Source: a virus (taxonomy: Duplodnaviria; Caudoviricetes). Taken from it: a DNA stretch of 52,489 nt. Location: positions 1 through 52,489 of the IMG/VR virus record IMGVR_UViG_3300022752_000102, one strand, 5' to 3'. The notes below the pieces were generated by a model that saw nothing but the letters and a program-made list of their open reading frames with translations, made no database searches and was not told the origin of the DNA. Below, one piece after another: positions 8,726-17,314 of this stretch. The position numbers and the translations under genes are program-made. The number at the start of each line of letters is the position of its first letter. Position 1 is the first letter of the stretch.

Positions 8726-9585
8726 TTTAGTTGTTTTATCTCTTTAGTTTTTCTTAGTTGATAAGACGGCTCACCGCGCGTCATTGCTTCCGCCTCGATG
8801 AGTGTGTCTTCCAGTTGTTCTTTCGCCACGGTCTTTTGACCGCGAGGCGCTTTGGCCGCAACCAGATCAGCCAAATCTGTAAACTTCACCTCACAGGCGG
8901 AACTGAATTCCTCCGGGGTGAGTTTGTCCTTCACAATTTCCCAGGCTTTTTGCGGGTCTTTAATTTCCCTGCGGCCCTGAATTTCCTTAAGGCCGTAACC
9001 AGGAATTTCACCGCCCTCCTTGGCAAATTCCAGATTGTGTTTGCGGACGCTGGAACACCAGGCCTCCATAACCATGGCAATCCGGTGGGCTTGGGCCCTG
9101 CGTTCCGGTGTAGCCAGCTGGCTTGGATGAAATAGTTCCGGCAACTGCGCGTCGTGTGCCAGGTCATAGGCTTTAACGATCTGCATGGTGGCTCCGTGGA
9201 CTGCTGGGCAGTCTGCCAATTTCGCGCAGAATACGCATTGATCTCCGGGGGTGTAATCGGCTTCGGTGTGATTTTTGCATTTGTCTATGATTCCTTTTAT
9301 TCGTTTTTCCATCCGCCCATAATCGGACTCCCGATTAAATGTGTGGGTGAAAATAAGATCTAGCCTGGGTTGCAGGACGTGGACGGTGACGTCTGTGACG
9401 TAATCGTACTTATCAAAAACCCCGAGCGTATAAGCCCACATTTGAGCGTTGTGCTCCGCGTCATCGACAGGATTAAATCCAAATTTGTAGTCGATAAGAT
9501 GGGCTTTGTTTCCGCGGATAAGCAGGCGGTCGACAAACCCCCATTGATCGAAGACTTCAAGTTTTATTTCCTTTAGGTCAAGCAT
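8722..9585 (-). CDS. PD-(D/E)xK Cas4-like exonuclease (DUF2800 family), C-terminal/catalytic part
   Basis: WGFVD...LIDYKFG, NAQMWAY, CVFC...CP, and the IPGYGLKEIQGRREI tail typical of DUF2800. Confidence 0.85.
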   Translation of the reverse strand: MLDLKEIKLEVFDQWGFVDRLLIRGNKAHLIDYKFGFNPVDDAEHNAQMWAYTLGVFDKYDYVTDVTVHVLQPRLDLIFTHTFNRESDYGRMEKRIKGIIDKCKNHTEADYTPGDQCVFCAKLADCPAVHGATMQIVKAYDLAHDAQLPELFHPSQLATPERRAQAHRIAMVMEAWCSSVRKHNLEFAKEGGEIPGYGLKEIQGRREIKDPQKAWEIVKDKLTPEEFSSACEVKFTDLADLVAAKAPRGQKTVAKEQLEDTLIEAEAMTRGEPSYQLRKTKEIKQLK

Positions 9586-9814
9586 CGGTCATCAACTCCG
9601 CCCGGACGCGCTCAACATAATCCAGGCACTTCATAACCAGTTTTGTCTCTTCCGCGTTAAGATTGTCAAAGTCTCCAATTTCACAGGCCTGATGCATGGC
9701 TGTGCCCCGCTGGGTAACAATATGCACTTCCCCATCTTTTTTGGGTTCGTAGCCCGGGCAAAGTTCCCGGCTTTTAAGGGTGCTCGGGCTATATCTTGCG
9801 TGTGAAGTGTCCAT
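9578..9814 (-). CDS. DUF2800 exonuclease, N-terminal part encoded as a separate ORF
   Basis: HARYSPS..K..ELCPG and RGTAMH are the N-terminal motifs of DUF2800/Cas4-like nucleases. Confidence 0.8.
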   Translation of the reverse strand: MDTSHARYSPSTLKSRELCPGYEPKKDGEVHIVTQRGTAMHQACEIGDFDNLNAEETKLVMKCLDYVERVRAELMTDA

Positions 9815-9827
9815 TAGCGTGCCGCGT

Positions 9828-9855
9828 ATTGTGGTGTTTAAAACATGAACGTCAA
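9828..9855 (-). promoter_or_regulatory. Sigma70-like promoter TTGACG-N16-CACAAT
   Basis: Minus-strand TTGACG 9855-9850 and CACAAT 9833-9828 in the intergenic gap. Confidence 0.55.
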
Positions 9856-9856
9856 G

Positions 9857-11161
9857 TCAATTGTGCGTGAGAAGATCGCCGTCATTTAATAACTCGATGT
9901 TCTTGAGTTTTCTGCGGACCGCGTGGCTGACTTCTTCCTCGACGGAGTTGGCTGCAAAGAGAATGTACTGGAGGGCCGGGGACTTGGCTCCTGATCTGTG
10001 AATTCGGCCAAGAGCCTGTTTTAAATCGATCGCCGAATATGTCGGACTAATAAGGGAAACCCGCGGTCTTCCGTTCAAGTCGTGAAGGCTCACACCTACT
10101 CCACCAGCCGCTATTTGGCAGACTAGAAAATAATGGGCGTTGGACTGGAAGGCGTTTACTGCGTCCTGTCGGTCAGCTTCCGATTGATCTCCGGCAATAT
10201 GTATTGGCTGATACTTTTCCATCTTTTCCATAAGCGCGTCGAGCGTCTGCCTGAAGTTGACAAAACACACCACACTTTTGCCCTCGGAGATAAACTCTTC
10301 TGCCATCTCCACCATGACCGGGACCCGCAAAAGTTCGATTTCCTGGCGCATGCGAAGGCGCTTGGTAAGTGGGCTTTCCGGATCTCGATCCGATAATGCC
10401 TTGGTTTTTAACTCCGCTATTTCCTTTTCAACCTGTTCATAAAGTTCTCCGATCCTAGGAGAAATGTCAAAAGTCTGGGCGTTGACCTGGTTGGACGGAA
10501 AAGCGTCGCCAAGCTCGCTAATTTTTATTCGGACCCCTTTTTCTGGAAAGATTTTTGAGTGGATATCTACAAGCACTTTCTTTCCACCCCGAAAAATGAA
10601 TCCTCCCCAAGGGGCTTTGAGGACACCATTTTTGTGAAGCCAGCTAAAGAAATTAACGCCGTTATGGAGCCCTAAAAGTCTGCCGGTAAATCGCATGTCG
10701 AGTGGGCTTCCCGCGGCAGTTGCCGATAGCATAAGAATTTTGGAGGGGCGAGCAGCTTCGAGCATAGCTCCGTTTTGAGACTTATAGCTTTTGCACCGGT
10801 GAACCTCGTCAAAAATAAACAGAAAGTCTTTTGAAGCATTGGCCCATTCCCATTGTTTATTGCCCAGCTTTTTGAGGAATTTAGTTTTACCGGTCCTGAG
10901 CTTTTCGTAGTTCAACACAAATTCAGGCTGTAGCCCAAATGTGCTACACCATTCTTTCCATGCTGGCAGGACAATCTTTGGGGCGATGATTGCGAAAGGC
11001 AGGCCAAGTTCCCTGGCCACGGCGCAGGCTGTTATGGTTTTGCCTGTTCCGGTGTCAGAACAATCCAGTGCGACCGAGTGGTTCCGAAGCGCCGGTAGTA
11101 AAATGCTCTTCGCTTTCTCTTGCCACGGATGTAGAGTTACAGGCGTCGGAATGTTTTTCAC
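9857..11161 (-). CDS. Superfamily 2 (SNF2/DEAH-like) DNA helicase
   Basis: Q motif LHPWQ, DTGTGKT, FDEVH, LSAT, GGVGVSL, QALGRIHR. Confidence 0.92.
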   Translation of the reverse strand: MKNIPTPVTLHPWQEKAKSILLPALRNHSVALDCSDTGTGKTITACAVARELGLPFAIIAPKIVLPAWKEWCSTFGLQPEFVLNYEKLRTGKTKFLKKLGNKQWEWANASKDFLFIFDEVHRCKSYKSQNGAMLEAARPSKILMLSATAAGSPLDMRFTGRLLGLHNGVNFFSWLHKNGVLKAPWGGFIFRGGKKVLVDIHSKIFPEKGVRIKISELGDAFPSNQVNAQTFDISPRIGELYEQVEKEIAELKTKALSDRDPESPLTKRLRMRQEIELLRVPVMVEMAEEFISEGKSVVCFVNFRQTLDALMEKMEKYQPIHIAGDQSEADRQDAVNAFQSNAHYFLVCQIAAGGVGVSLHDLNGRPRVSLISPTYSAIDLKQALGRIHRSGAKSPALQYILFAANSVEEEVSHAVRRKLKNIELLNDGDLLTHN

Positions 11162-11456
11162 GGATTATCGACAACCAATCTTCCGCAAGCATCGTAACCA
11201 ACCACGGACGTTTGTTTTTTCTATGGGCCACGACAGGCACTTTCTTTCCGCAATCTCGCTGGGCCTGCTCCATAGCTTTATCAATGTTGAGGGCCTCAAC
11301 CCGTTTGACCTCAAAGTGAAAAGGGAGGTTCGAGACAACGTCAGGGCTGTCTTCGCTCCCCGAAAATTGCCGGCCCCTCCTTGCCTCAAACCCCTTAGCC
11401 CGGAGGACATCTCGCCACTCACGTTCCCCAACCTTGCCTTTTTGACAACTGTTCAC
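11055..11456 (-). CDS. Holliday junction resolvase (Hjc-like PD-(D/E)xK)
   Basis: KGKVGERE...GFEARR...SPDVV...FEVKR, then PVVAHRKN..PW. Confidence 0.85.
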   Translation of the reverse strand: MNSCQKGKVGEREWRDVLRAKGFEARRGRQFSGSEDSPDVVSNLPFHFEVKRVEALNIDKAMEQAQRDCGKKVPVVAHRKNKRPWLVTMLAEDWLSIIREKHSDACNSTSVARESEEHFTTGASEPLGRTGLF

Positions 11457-11485
11457 GGTTCATATGTGTTCCCAAGCGTCCGGCC

Positions 11486-11528
11486 AGACTGAAGTTAAAT
11501 TGACAACTGTCAAGTCATTATGCAGATT
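11486..11528. promoter_or_regulatory. Bidirectional early/late promoter region with palindromic -35 (TTGACA-AC-TGTCAA)
   Basis: Palindrome 11500-11513 at the strand switch; plus-strand -10 CAGATT 11523-28 (17 bp spacer); minus-strand -10 CAGTCT 11491-86 (16 bp spacer). Confidence 0.55.
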
Positions 11529-13253
11529 GGTCGCTTGCCTATTGAAAAATATGGAAAGTCCTGGCCCAACGGGGCCAGCGATCTCGACATTGAATTGCTC
11601 GCCTTTAAGTGGGGTTTGCGTCCCGAGGATGGAGGGTTGGGCAAGGCCCAGCATTTTAAAAATGTTGTTAATATTCTGTGGCCCTATCACGCCAAGAAGA
11701 ATAAAAATGGATTTTATTGGCATCCTTGGGCAGACTGGATGATCGAACAGGCTTGCGAGCAAAGTTATTTGGCGATCTCCGGCCCCAAGTCTTCGGCTAA
11801 AACGTCAACCATGGCGATGTGGGGTTTGGTTAACTGGCTTTGCGCTCCGCACGAAACCTTGGTTTTGGTGACTACCACATCTGTTCGAGAAGCAAGAAAG
11901 CGTTTATGGGGTTCCATTCGGGAACGGTATATGCAGGTACCTGGTCTCCCGGGCAAGCTTATCGACTCGATGGGTAAGATTGTTTTAAACCCAGAAGAAT
12001 CTGGCGAAGCCAGCGACCGCTCCTCCATAACCCTCGTTCCGTCCAGCCCCGACAAGGAAAAAGAGGCCACAGCAAAATTGATCGGTTTAAAGAACAAACG
12101 GGTTTTGTTGATTATTGACGAGGCAACCGATGTTACCAATTCGGTTTTCGAAGCGATTAATAATCTTAATGCCAATCCATTTTTTCAATGCGTGGCTCTG
12201 GGTAACTTTAATTCTCAGTACGATCCGTTCGGTGTTTTTTCCACGCCGAAGGATGGCTGGAATTCCGTTACGGTGGACTCAGAAGAGTGGGAGACCAAAC
12301 TGGGCAAATGCATTCATTTGGACGGTCTGAAGACGCCAAACATTGAGCATAACGACCAATGGCCGTTTTTGCTGACTTCAAAGCAGGTTAAGTACGCAAT
12401 CGACAATGAGGGGGAAAACTCCCTATCTTTCTGGCGATTTATCCGATCTTTTCCGGCCCCCGTGGGGGCAGAAGAGGGAATTTATTCGGAAGCTGATTTT
12501 AGAAAGTACGATGTGTCTAAAGAGCCGCGGTGGACAAACACACCGGTTGCGCTGGCTGGCTTCGATCCTGCCTTCACCAACGGCGGAGACCGTTCCGTAC
12601 TCGCAATTCTCAAATGTGGAACCAGCGAGGAATCTGGGTCCACCGTTGCATTCCATAAATTTTATTATGTGCGCGAAGACGTCACCAAACCAGAACCAAG
12701 AAACTTCCAGATAGCAAAAGAAGTCATGCGTATTTGCCAGGAGAACGCCGTGTCGCCCGAGAGGCTGGCGATCGACGCCACCGGAGCAGGCGATCCGTTC
12801 TGCGATATTTTATCAGAAATTTGGTCACAAAGGATTGTGCGTATTAAGTTCGGAGAAAAAGCCTCAAGTCTTCCCGTTAGCGTCACAAATCCAATCAAGG
12901 GGTCCGAAAAGTATACCAACCGCGTGACCGAACTATGGTTTTCCGGGGTTGAGTACATGCGGTCCAACCAGTTGAAATCCATCCCGCCGGACCTGGCTAA
13001 GGAGATGAGCGGGAGAAAGTACACTACAACTGCTGGCGGCAAGGTGACTGTAGAGCCTAAACGCGACTATAAGTTGAGGCTGGGTAGATCGCCAGACTTG
13101 GCAGACGCCTTTTTCCTTGGGCTCGATTTAGCCAGACAACGTTTGGGGTTGCATGCAGGATCCCTGGTTTCTGGAAGGGCCAGGTCAACCTGGACCGACC
13201 AGGCAAGACGGCTGGATTCGGCTATCTCCGACAAGTGCTTTTTATCAAAATAA
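11520..13253 (+). CDS. terL: Terminase large subunit
   Basis: Walker A-like SGPKSSAKT, Walker B LIIDEAT, motif C LGN; nuclease AGFDPA, IDATGAG, RSPDLADA. The start may be TTG 11535. Confidence 0.92.
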   Translation: MQIGRLPIEKYGKSWPNGASDLDIELLAFKWGLRPEDGGLGKAQHFKNVVNILWPYHAKKNKNGFYWHPWADWMIEQACEQSYLAISGPKSSAKTSTMAMWGLVNWLCAPHETLVLVTTTSVREARKRLWGSIRERYMQVPGLPGKLIDSMGKIVLNPEESGEASDRSSITLVPSSPDKEKEATAKLIGLKNKRVLLIIDEATDVTNSVFEAINNLNANPFFQCVALGNFNSQYDPFGVFSTPKDGWNSVTVDSEEWETKLGKCIHLDGLKTPNIEHNDQWPFLLTSKQVKYAIDNEGENSLSFWRFIRSFPAPVGAEEGIYSEADFRKYDVSKEPRWTNTPVALAGFDPAFTNGGDRSVLAILKCGTSEESGSTVAFHKFYYVREDVTKPEPRNFQIAKEVMRICQENAVSPERLAIDATGAGDPFCDILSEIWSQRIVRIKFGEKASSLPVSVTNPIKGSEKYTNRVTELWFSGVEYMRSNQLKSIPPDLAKEMSGRKYTTTAGGKVTVEPKRDYKLRLGRSPDLADAFFLGLDLARQRLGLHAGSLVSGRARSTWTDQARRLDSAISDKCFLSK

Positions 13254-13259
13254 TCCTGA

Positions 13260-13288
13260 TTGACAGGCTAAAGTAGCTTCTACATACT
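13260..13288 (+). promoter_or_regulatory. Sigma70-like promoter TTGACA-N17-CATACT
   Basis: Intergenic, between terL and portal. Confidence 0.6.
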
Positions 13289-13298
13289 GGTCGAACTT

Positions 13299-15575
13299 GT
13301 GGACGAAAAGACCTATATGAACCCCGACGGCGGAGCAGCCGACGGGCTTTTAAATCTCACGCCTTCCGGTAAAGCACCGGAGACCCGGATTACTGATCAC
13401 GCGGGTCTTTTTGGGATTTATAAAAATCTGTATTTGGCCGACGAACAATCTGCCGTGGATCGTACCCGGATTATGGATATGTTTGACGGGGCCGCTCCGT
13501 ACGATCCGATTGTATTGCGGAGATTGGGTCAATCGTATAGGGCAAACTTAAATTTTGGCGAAGCCGCGGCCGATTTGGAACAGGCATTGTCGGCATACAA
13601 TGACCTGGTTACCTCGGTCGATCGGCTTGTGAGCGTCAAGACCAAGTTCGGTGATGAAAGCCAGCGCGAAGAATACGGCTCGATTATTGCCGAAGAATTT
13701 CATCGGTTGATCTGTAAAGACTGGCCGGCTTTCTATTTTCGTCAGCAGTTGTTATCCTATTATTTTGTTGCCCAAGGCCTTGGCGTTGCCTTCTTTGAAG
13801 ACGAACGAAATTGGCAGTGGAATGTTTGTCCCATCGGAGATTTTTTAATTCCTAGGGGAACCCCCGCAACCGAAGATAAAATTGAGATTGCCTGCGTCCG
13901 AAGAATTTATCTGACCCATGAGTTATTCAGATATATCGAGAATGAAAAAGCTGCAAAAGCGGCCGGATGGAATGTCGATGCCGTTAAGCAGGCTATTCGC
14001 GATGCTACCACCACAATGCCCCAGGATAGTTTCAATTGGGAAGAGTTGCAAAGGGAGCTGAAATCAAACGATCTTTATTTTGCCCACGTGCGAAGCCGGG
14101 AAGTCCACGTAGTTCATTATTATGTTCGGGAGTTTGACGGTTCCTATTCCCACGCCATTGGGCGCAGGGATGGAGTGGGAGATTTTCTGTTTAAGAAGAT
14201 CAAAAGATTTAAAAAAGCTTCCGAAGCTTTTCATGTGTTTACTTACGGGGTTGGGAATGGAATTTATCATTCTATCCGTGGTTTAGGCTATAAGATTTTC
14301 CCCCACATCCAAACCACGAATCGCTTGCGATGCGCGATTGCCGACGGGGCAATGTTACAGACATCCCTGTTGTTACAGCCACAGACTGCCGAGGATGTAT
14401 CCAGGATGACGATGGCTTATTCTGGACCGTTGTCCTTCCTCCCCCCAGGGTTGCAGGTTGTTCAAAGTCAGTACCCCAATTTGGCTGCGAATGTTCAGCC
14501 GATCGTCAACGAGATGGCAATGGTTCGTCAGGCCAACACCGGGTCTTACCGCACGCAAATGAACGCACCCAGCGGCAAGCCTCGTACCGCCACGGAAGTA
14601 GAAGCTCAGGTGGCAAATGAAGCCGTTCTTTCAAATAATTCAATCAATCTATTTTATGTTCCCTGGGGAAGGCTTTTGCGGGAGCAGTTCCGCCGGCTAC
14701 AGCGGGACACGTGGATTGCCGGGGAACCAGGTCAGGCGGAAGCCGCAAAGTTTAGATCTAGGCTTGAAGAGCGAGGCGTTCCGTGGGATGCAGTAAAAGC
14801 TGTTTATGATGTTGAAGCAGTCCGAGCAATCGGACTAGGGTCCCCCGCCGCGAGGTTAACCGCTTTTAATGAATTTATGCAGTTGTTGCCTCGGTTTGAC
14901 GAATTGGGACAGGTCAACGCTGTTCGGGATCGTATTGCAGCTCGAGTTGGGTACGACGCCGTTGATCGTTATTTGCCTAACCCCAATGTTAAAAATAGGA
15001 CCCCAGTCGATGCCAAGATTGCAGAGTTAGAGAATGGATCGATGCAGGCTGGCCGACCTGTTACGGTTATGCCCAGCGAAAATCATTCGATTCACCTCCA
15101 GGTGCACCTCGGGGAAATTAACCCTGTGGTACAGGCTGTTCAAAACAATCAGGTCCAAGACAAACAACAAACGATGATGTTTTTGACGATGGCTTATGAG
15201 CATTGCAATGAGCATCTTGTCCGTATTTCTCAGGATCAAACCAAACAGCAGGAAATCGGTCAGTTTAAATTAGCGATGAATTTGCTCCGCGAAGCAGTGG
15301 TAAATCTTCAAAGGGATGTTGAGCAGGATATTCGTAAAGCGGCGGAGGCCCAACAGCAAGCAGCTCTTTCTTCTGGTCAAATACCTACTTTAACTCCCGA
15401 AATGCAAATGAAGATGCAGGAGCATCAATTGGAAATGCAGCTAAAGCAACAGAGAGCAAGTATGGATGCAAAATTTAAAGAGATGGAAATGAAACAAAAA
15501 TTAGCTTTACAGGATGCGGAAGCGGCAGCTAAACTTCGTGCCGAAATGAGCGAGAATCCGACCCCTGTTGTATGA
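13299..15575 (+). CDS. Portal (head-tail connector) protein
   Basis: 758 aa directly after terL; RTATEV motif and long Gln-rich coiled-coil C-terminal barrel, as in P22-type portals. Confidence 0.85.
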   Translation: MDEKTYMNPDGGAADGLLNLTPSGKAPETRITDHAGLFGIYKNLYLADEQSAVDRTRIMDMFDGAAPYDPIVLRRLGQSYRANLNFGEAAADLEQALSAYNDLVTSVDRLVSVKTKFGDESQREEYGSIIAEEFHRLICKDWPAFYFRQQLLSYYFVAQGLGVAFFEDERNWQWNVCPIGDFLIPRGTPATEDKIEIACVRRIYLTHELFRYIENEKAAKAAGWNVDAVKQAIRDATTTMPQDSFNWEELQRELKSNDLYFAHVRSREVHVVHYYVREFDGSYSHAIGRRDGVGDFLFKKIKRFKKASEAFHVFTYGVGNGIYHSIRGLGYKIFPHIQTTNRLRCAIADGAMLQTSLLLQPQTAEDVSRMTMAYSGPLSFLPPGLQVVQSQYPNLAANVQPIVNEMAMVRQANTGSYRTQMNAPSGKPRTATEVEAQVANEAVLSNNSINLFYVPWGRLLREQFRRLQRDTWIAGEPGQAEAAKFRSRLEERGVPWDAVKAVYDVEAVRAIGLGSPAARLTAFNEFMQLLPRFDELGQVNAVRDRIAARVGYDAVDRYLPNPNVKNRTPVDAKIAELENGSMQAGRPVTVMPSENHSIHLQVHLGEINPVVQAVQNNQVQDKQQTMMFLTMAYEHCNEHLVRISQDQTKQQEIGQFKLAMNLLREAVVNLQRDVEQDIRKAAEAQQQAALSSGQIPTLTPEMQMKMQEHQLEMQLKQQRASMDAKFKEMEMKQKLALQDAEAAAKLRAEMSENPTPVV

Positions 15576-15853
15576 CATTAAAAGAGTGGCAAAATAGATC
15601 TGATTTGAAAGCGTCTTGGAAGGAGTTTTCCAAGACTGAGGCTGGAAAGGCTGTTCGAAATGTTCTGGTATTTTTAGGTTCTCCCGTTGCAACAATGCCC
15701 CCGGTTAATGTTGATTTTATTGATTGGAATGCGTCATTGAATGCCAGACGGGAAGGGTTTTTTGAGGCTATTAGACTTCTTGGAGTATTGGCAGAAGACA
15801 TTCCTGATAAGGAAGACCTTCCGGCTCCTTGGGAACAAAACACAACAAAATAA
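15572..15853 (+). CDS. Small head-assembly-associated protein
   Basis: 93 aa between portal and scaffold; A-RREG motif common at this position in podoviruses. Confidence 0.7.
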   Translation: MTLKEWQNRSDLKASWKEFSKTEAGKAVRNVLVFLGSPVATMPPVNVDFIDWNASLNARREGFFEAIRLLGVLAEDIPDKEDLPAPWEQNTTK

Positions 15854-15868
15854 TAAGGAATAACAATT

Positions 15869-17056
15869 ATGAGCGAAACAGCCACGCCCACCCAACCCGC
15901 AGAATCCAAAGGAGCAGATACTGTAAGTTTTGCCGACGCTTTGGATGTCGGAATCCAAGGCCTTGACACTCCCGCGCAGGAGACCAAAGCACCTGAACCT
16001 ATTGTAGAAAAAGCACAGGCCCCCGAGATTGCCAAGACAAAACCAACATCAAAGAATCCTTTTGATGTTGTTGCCGACAGGTTTTTAAATAAGGAACAAC
16101 CAGCAGAGACCCAAACAGACGATCTTGATGTAAAAGCTCCGGAAAATCTAAAGCCGGAAGCCCAAACTGCCTGGGCACGTTTAACCAAAGATCTTCGCGA
16201 TGCCCGGGCAAAGCTAAAAGAATTGGAAACAAAGTCAGCAGAAGTTCCCCAAAACTCCCTTGAACAGCAGGATCTAAAAGCTCAATTGGAGCTTTTGAAA
16301 GCCGAAAGGGATGAGTATGAGGGTGAACTTCGACTTTCCAGGTTGGAATCAACCAAAGAATACAAGCAGGCGGTAACCCAACCCCTCAACGCGATTCAGA
16401 AAGAAGTCGCCGATATTGCGGCTCTTTACGAGACTGACCCGCGAAATGTTTATTCGGCCATGCTGGAAACAGATCCTGCCAAACGTAGGGCTTTGTTGAA
16501 AGACGCGACAGCTAATTTCGATCCGGTTGATTCTTTGGCCATTCGCAATAAGGCGGAAGAGTTACAGAAAGTTTTCGAACGTCGCGATCTTTTGACTAAG
16601 GACGTGCGTACGGTTCTTGAAATGCTCGAGAACGATGAAAAACAAGAAATGGAAACATACCAAAAACGTATGCAAGACGAGATTAGCAATGCATACAAAA
16701 CAGAATGGGAGAACATTCAGAAGGAAAATCCTTTGTTGCGCCCAATCGAGAATAACGAATCCTGGAATAACACCTTGAAAGCTATTGAACAACAAGCTCT
16801 TGAGATTGAAAACACTGAACTTGCCCCCAATCAAAAAGCCAGGCTTACCTTTAATGCCGCGGCCCTTCCGGTGGTCATGGAAGTGTTTAGGGATTATGTT
16901 GCCAATGCCCAAAAGCGTATCTCTGAATTGGAAACGCTCAGTAAGGAGATTCGTGCCGCTACTCCTTCGGCGGGGACGGATGGAGCCAAATCCAGCGATA
17001 TCCCTTCGGATTTGGGCTTCCTGGACGCTCTTGAGCGTGGTATGACAAAAATGTAA
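15869..17056 (+). CDS. Capsid scaffolding protein
   Basis: Acidic, Pro-rich N-terminus, long coiled coils, low-complexity linker then a short C-terminal helix; immediately upstream of the MCP. Confidence 0.75.
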   Translation: MSETATPTQPAESKGADTVSFADALDVGIQGLDTPAQETKAPEPIVEKAQAPEIAKTKPTSKNPFDVVADRFLNKEQPAETQTDDLDVKAPENLKPEAQTAWARLTKDLRDARAKLKELETKSAEVPQNSLEQQDLKAQLELLKAERDEYEGELRLSRLESTKEYKQAVTQPLNAIQKEVADIAALYETDPRNVYSAMLETDPAKRRALLKDATANFDPVDSLAIRNKAEELQKVFERRDLLTKDVRTVLEMLENDEKQEMETYQKRMQDEISNAYKTEWENIQKENPLLRPIENNESWNNTLKAIEQQALEIENTELAPNQKARLTFNAAALPVVMEVFRDYVANAQKRISELETLSKEIRAATPSAGTDGAKSSDIPSDLGFLDALERGMTKM

Positions 17057-17063
17057 AAAGGTA

Positions 17064-17091
17064 TTGACACGTTCAATCCGGTTGATACTTT
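17064..17091 (+). promoter_or_regulatory. Capsid promoter TTGACA-N16-TACTTT with extended -10 TG
   Basis: TTGACA 17064-69, TG 17083-84, TACTTT 17086-91. Confidence 0.65.
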
Positions 17092-17094
17092 TAG

Positions 17095-17314
17095 TTTGTT
17101 CGGTGCAGGTATAAAGATTGAGACCCTTGTCGAACACGGCCTATAAAGATTGAAATGGCTGACAAACACGGGCATTAAAAGCTCTGGGATGCCGCCAGGG
17201 AATAGTTTTGAAAAGTGGTAAGAGCGAATAGCTCCGAGTGGAGTTAACGCTACTGCCGCAAATCATAACATCCCTTGCGCGAGCGGGGGATGGATGAAAG
17301 GATAACTAACTAAA
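17095..17314 (+). ncRNA. Structured 5' leader RNA of the major capsid gene
   Basis: About five stem-loops, including 17215-17259 and 17269-17292 (GCGA tetraloop); 12-nt repeat TATAAAGATTGA at 17110 and 17142. Confidence 0.55.

Noticed and set aside
8722-9585. Cas4-like nuclease as a sign of a CRISPR-Cas system
   Set aside because: No repeat-spacer array or other cas genes seen; the context is phage replication/recombination
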